From Porphyromonas sp. (GTDB taxonomy: Bacteria; Bacteroidota; Bacteroidia; Bacteroidales; Porphyromonadaceae), in NCBI RefSeq assembly GCF_030529325.1, contig NZ_JAUMXC010000001.1, positions 52,342-116,341 on the forward strand: a stretch of DNA of 64,000 nucleotides, given 5' to 3'. Both the position numbers and the translations under genes were made by a program. Positions 60,281 through 64,000 of this stretch are shown one piece after another; the first letter of the stretch is position 1, and each line of letters starts with the position of its first letter. The notes under the pieces are model-generated. The model did no database searches. It had not been told where the DNA came from and saw only the letters and a list, made by a program, of their open reading frames with translations.

Positions 60281-61912
60281 ATGGACAATATTTTATATGC
60301 GTTTGAAAGACCTGTAAACGAACCGGTCAAGACATATGCTCCCGGGACTAAAGATCGAGAACTTCTCAAGGCTGCAGTGCAGAAGTGGGAAACTCAGGAG
60401 ATCGAAATCCCCCTCATCATCGACGGAAAGGAAGTCCGCACAGGAGATGTAGGAAAGGTGGTGATGCCTCACAATCACAAGAAAGTCATCGCAACCTACC
60501 ACAAAGCGGGCGAAAAGGAAGTCAAAGCTGCTATCAAAGCTGCCAATAAAGCTCACAAAGAGTGGTCAAAGATGCCATGGCTCGAGCGTGCCTCTATCAT
60601 GATGAGACTTGCTGAACTTTGCTCCGGTAAGTACCGCTACGACCTCAATGCTTCGGTCATGGTCGGTCAATCTAAAAACCCCATGCAGGCAGAGATCGAT
60701 GCTCCATGTGAGATGATCGACTTCTTGAGATTCAGCGCATATTATGCAGGAAAGATATACTCAGAGCAGCCTCTTTCAGAACAAGGTGTTTTCAATCGTT
60801 TGGAATATCGTCCTCTCGAAGGGTTCGTGTTTACCCTCACTCCATTCAACTTCACATCCATAGCAGCCAATCTCAACCTCGCACCTGCGATGATGGGTAA
60901 TACCTGCGTATGGAAGCCATCTACAACATCTCTTCACTCCAACTACTTCCTCATGAAGTTGTTCGAAGAAGCAGGCTTACCTGCAGGTGTCGTGAACTTC
61001 ATCCCCGGTCAGGGTAGCATGATCGGTAAGGAAGTACTTGCAGATCCATCGTTTGCAGGATTCCACTTCACAGGCTCGACAGCGACATTCAACGCTCTTT
61101 GGAAGGGTATTGGTAACAATATCTCCAACTATCGCTCATATCCTAAGATCGTCGGGGAGACAGGAGGTAAAAACTTCGTCCTTGCGCACCCTTCATCAGA
61201 TCCGAGAGAAGTTGCAGTGGCATTGGCTCGTGGAGCATTTGAATACCAAGGTCAGAAGTGTTCAGCTGCATCTCGTGCGTACATCCCAAAATCTTTGTGG
61301 AAAGAAATCAAAGGTCTCCTCGAAGAAATGGTATCAAGCATGAAGATCGGAGATGTCAACGACTTCACCAACTTCATCAACGCAGTTATCGACGAGGCTT
61401 CGTTTGACAACATCAAGAGCTATATCGATCATGCTAAGAAAGCGAGCGATGCGAAAGTTGTCATAGGTGGCAAGTGTGACAAGAGCGTAGGATACTTCGT
61501 CCAACCAACAGTCATCGAAACAACAAATCCCACATACAAGAGCATGGTGGAAGAGATCTTTGGTCCGGTGCTCACAGTGTACGTATACGAGGATGAAGAC
61601 TTCACAAAGGTACTCAAGCTCGTGGATGGTTCGACAGCTTACGGTCTCACAGGCTCGATCTTCTCTCGTGACAGATATGCTGTCAGAGACGTATTGGATG
61701 CATTGAGATTCTCAGCGGGTAACTTCTACATCAATGACAAACCTACCGGTGCAGTAGTGGGACAACAACCATTCGGTGGTTCTCGTGCTTCGGGAACAAA
61801 CGACAAGGCCGGAGGACCACTCAACCTCCTCCGTTGGGTCAACCCACGCAACATCAAAGAGACATTCCAGTCTCCTACAGAATACACTTATCCATTCCTC
61901 ATGCAGGATTGA
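60281..61912 (+). CDS. pruA: L-glutamate gamma-semialdehyde (1-pyrroline-5-carboxylate) dehydrogenase
   Basis: Aldehyde dehydrogenase superfamily, 543 aa; catalytic EGGQKCSAASR and ETGGKN motifs. Confidence 0.85.
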   Translation: MDNILYAFERPVNEPVKTYAPGTKDRELLKAAVQKWETQEIEIPLIIDGKEVRTGDVGKVVMPHNHKKVIATYHKAGEKEVKAAIKAANKAHKEWSKMPWLERASIMMRLAELCSGKYRYDLNASVMVGQSKNPMQAEIDAPCEMIDFLRFSAYYAGKIYSEQPLSEQGVFNRLEYRPLEGFVFTLTPFNFTSIAANLNLAPAMMGNTCVWKPSTTSLHSNYFLMKLFEEAGLPAGVVNFIPGQGSMIGKEVLADPSFAGFHFTGSTATFNALWKGIGNNISNYRSYPKIVGETGGKNFVLAHPSSDPREVAVALARGAFEYQGQKCSAASRAYIPKSLWKEIKGLLEEMVSSMKIGDVNDFTNFINAVIDEASFDNIKSYIDHAKKASDAKVVIGGKCDKSVGYFVQPTVIETTNPTYKSMVEEIFGPVLTVYVYEDEDFTKVLKLVDGSTAYGLTGSIFSRDRYAVRDVLDALRFSAGNFYINDKPTGAVVGQQPFGGSRASGTNDKAGGPLNLLRWVNPRNIKETFQSPTEYTYPFLMQD

Positions 61913-62101
61913 TAGTGGAAAACATAATTCCTATAGACATATTTAGCGAGCTATTCATATCCTTATAAAAGGAGTGGGAGTAAGTCAAAACAGATACTTA
62001 CTCTCACTCTTTGTATTTTGATAAACATAAAATCCACAGTGACTCGAGACAAACCGAGCCTCACAATGTAGAGCATTAAACTAACTAAATACTATCAAGC
62101 C

Positions 62102-64000
62102 ATGTCAAAAAAAACAATCTTTACACTTCTCGCAAGTGTAGCTGTTGCCGGAGGGCTTTCGGCCCAAGAAGCTCCCAAATGGGTGCGTCATACAGCGCTT
62201 TCACCCGATGGTAAGATCATCGCATTTACCTACAAAGGTGACATCTTCACAGTGCCAACACAAGGAGGACGCGCGACACAGATCACTTCCCACTCAAAGT
62301 TTGACACCAATCCGGTATGGAGCCCTGATGGATCCAAACTCGCCTTTGCGTCAGACAGAGAGGGGTCGTTTGATGTCTACCTCACATCGAGAGATGGTGG
62401 AGCGGCTCACCGCCTGACATTCAACAGCGCCTCCGAAAGGCCGGTAGCATTCAAGGACAATAACAATGTGATCTTTGATGCAAATATCCGCCCTGCGGTA
62501 GAGATGGGGATTTTCCCGTTTAGAGGCTTTAGCCAGCTTTATACAGTATCTGCTGAAGGCGGACGTCCTGAGATGTTCAGCGCAGTTTCCATGATCGAAC
62601 CATCAATCAGAGGAGAAAAGATTCTCTACACGGATATAAAAGGATACGAAGATCCTTTCCGTAAGCACCACACGTCCTCTATCACGAGAGATATCTGGTT
62701 GTACGACCAAAAAGCCGGATACAAGAAATTGACAACATTCAAGGGAGAGGATCGCAATGCTCTTTGGGTAGCGGGCGAAGATGCCTTCTACTACACATCC
62801 GAAGAGGATGGCACACTCAATATCTATAAAAGAGCTCTTGACGGTAGCAAGTCTACCCAACTGACAACGTACAAAAATCACCCTGTCAGATATGTTTCGA
62901 CTGATGATGCGGGCAACCTTGCTTACTCTTGGAACGGAGAACTTTACTATCTCCCCAAAGGTGGTAAGCCCACAAAGGTGGACGTGAGAGTCTACTCTGA
63001 CAATGCGCCTCTCGATGCTCACCAGTTGAAGATGACAAACGGTGCTACAGAGATGAGTCTTTCACCGGACAATAAGGAAATAGCTCTCGTCGTGAGGGGC
63101 GAAATCTTTGTAACTTCTGTAGAATACAACACCACCAAGCGCATCACCAATACCGCTCAGCAAGAACGCGATGTGGTATTCAGCCCTGATGGCCGCAAGC
63201 TCGTATATGCTGCTGAAAGAAACGGCAAGTGGGATCTCTTCATGACCGAACTTGTCCGTAAGGAAGACAGCGGGTTTACTTATGCTCGAGAACTGAAAGA
63301 AACGAGACTTACAGACGATGCCAAGCCTTCATTTGATCCCAAGTTCAGCCCTGACGGCAAAGAGATAGCATTCCTCCGCGATCGTACAAGCATCGTTGTG
63401 CTCAACCTAAAGACGCGCAAAGAGAGAGTCGTAATGGATGTCAAGTATAACTACTCTTATGCTGACGGAGACCAATGGTTTGAGTGGAGTCCTGATGGCA
63501 AGTGGATAGTAACGGACTACATCGGCATCGGAGGATGGAACAACAAAGATGTCGCCATCATCAAAGCAGATGGTTCGGGCGAGACTCACAACCTTACTCA
63601 GAGTGGGTATAGCGATGGCCGTGCAAAGTTTGTCCTCGGAGGTAAAGCGGTGGCATTCTTCTCTGACAGAGCGGGCTACCGCAGCCATGGTAGCTGGGGT
63701 GCAGAGACTGACATCTACATGACATTCTTGGATCAAGAAGCTTACGACAGATACCTGCTCAACAAGGAAGAAAGAGAGATCTTGACAAAGGACAAAAAGG
63801 ATGTAAAAGAAGAAGCAGACAGCAAAAACGACAGCAAAGACAAAAACAAGAAAAAACAAAAAGGCAAGAAGGACAAAACAGAGGAAGTAAAGGAAACTCC
63901 TGCCCTCAAGTTCAATCTTAATGGTCTTGACTATCGCACAGTGCGTATGACCAGATCCTCCGGCCGTCAGTCAAACTTCGTGATGGACTCCAAGGGTGAA
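62102..64000 (+). CDS. Tricorn-protease-like S41 peptidase with TolB-like beta-propellers, N-terminal 633 aa only (runs off window end)
   Basis: ATG 62102 and open frame to 64000 with no stop, so it is absent from the ORF track. Signal peptide MSKKTIFTLLASVAVAGGLSAQ; repeated SPDG(K/S)xIAF motifs. Confidence 0.7.
   Translation, partial: MSKKTIFTLLASVAVAGGLSAQEAPKWVRHTALSPDGKIIAFTYKGDIFTVPTQGGRATQITSHSKFDTNPVWSPDGSKLAFASDREGSFDVYLTSRDGGAAHRLTFNSASERPVAFKDNNNVIFDANIRPAVEMGIFPFRGFSQLYTVSAEGGRPEMFSAVSMIEPSIRGEKILYTDIKGYEDPFRKHHTSSITRDIWLYDQKAGYKKLTTFKGEDRNALWVAGEDAFYYTSEEDGTLNIYKRALDGSKSTQLTTYKNHPVRYVSTDDAGNLAYSWNGELYYLPKGGKPTKVDVRVYSDNAPLDAHQLKMTNGATEMSLSPDNKEIALVVRGEIFVTSVEYNTTKRITNTAQQERDVVFSPDGRKLVYAAERNGKWDLFMTELVRKEDSGFTYARELKETRLTDDAKPSFDPKFSPDGKEIAFLRDRTSIVVLNLKTRKERVVMDVKYNYSYADGDQWFEWSPDGKWIVTDYIGIGGWNNKDVAIIKADGSGETHNLTQSGYSDGRAKFVLGGKAVAFFSDRAGYRSHGSWGAETDIYMTFLDQEAYDRYLLNKEEREILTKDKKDVKEEADSKNDSKDKNKKKQKGKKDKTEEVKETPALKFNLNGLDYRTVRMTRSSGRQSNFVMDSKGE

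Noticed and set aside
1-64000. CRISPR arrays, rRNA, prophage or integrase genes, toxin-antitoxin pairs
   Set aside because: No regularly spaced direct repeats with unique spacers, no rRNA-like sequence, no phage structural or integrase ORFs, and no small paired ORFs with TA-like features were found.

Overview
This 64 kb window looks like a Bacteroidetes chromosomal segment of roughly 45-48% GC, built from five alternating strand blocks of mostly housekeeping genes. The block boundaries are: + 2350-10421, - 10837-21817, + 22566-40467, - 40783-48810, + 49301-end. Recognisable genes include rex, rarA, serC-serA-DUF1015-aspA, prfC, rfbD, mutS2, rseP, dxr, two FKBP PPIases, pdxJ, an exbB-exbD-tonB-DJ1 cluster, lepA, dnaB, ftsX-DUF3098-uppP-truB-queA-folK-ruvX-def, a second exbB-X-exbD-exbD cluster, tRNA-Ser(GGA), tatD, ispB-like, a Met-zincin protease, nrdAB and rocD-ctlX-pruA. 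Two real genes run off the window edges and are absent from the ORF track: a PorV-like outer-membrane protein at 1-631 (-) and a tricorn/S41-like protease at 62102-64000 (+). Five non-housekeeping features stand out: (1) A ~60 bp structured repeat occurs five times. It carries up to three GTCTAACTTGA direct half-sites (the first often degenerate), the last of which forms the left arm of a perfect 14 bp hairpin, usually followed by a T-run, with variable loops. Four of the five copies sit 190-240 bp upstream of a gene start, in that gene's orientation. (2) A secreted protein carries a discoidin (F5/8 type C) domain followed by a C-terminal Hint (Hedgehog/intein-like) autoprocessing domain. (3) A 144 bp MITE has 19 bp terminal inverted repeats and a perfect 9 bp target-site duplication. 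The same terminal sequence flanks a DDE_Tnp_1 (IS4/IS5-type) transposase C-terminal remnant at 40.5 kb. (4) An IS3-family element has 35 bp inverted repeats and an orfA/orfB -1 slippery site A_AAA_AAC, but orfB is additionally broken in a G8 homopolymer. (5) A small island holds a lipoprotein Serratia-type DNA/RNA nonspecific endonuclease tightly coupled to a cytoplasmic GT11-like protein, next to the transposase remnant. No CRISPR array, rRNA or obvious riboswitch was seen. The ORF track translates TTG/GTG as M in places, so several starts were re-derived by eye.
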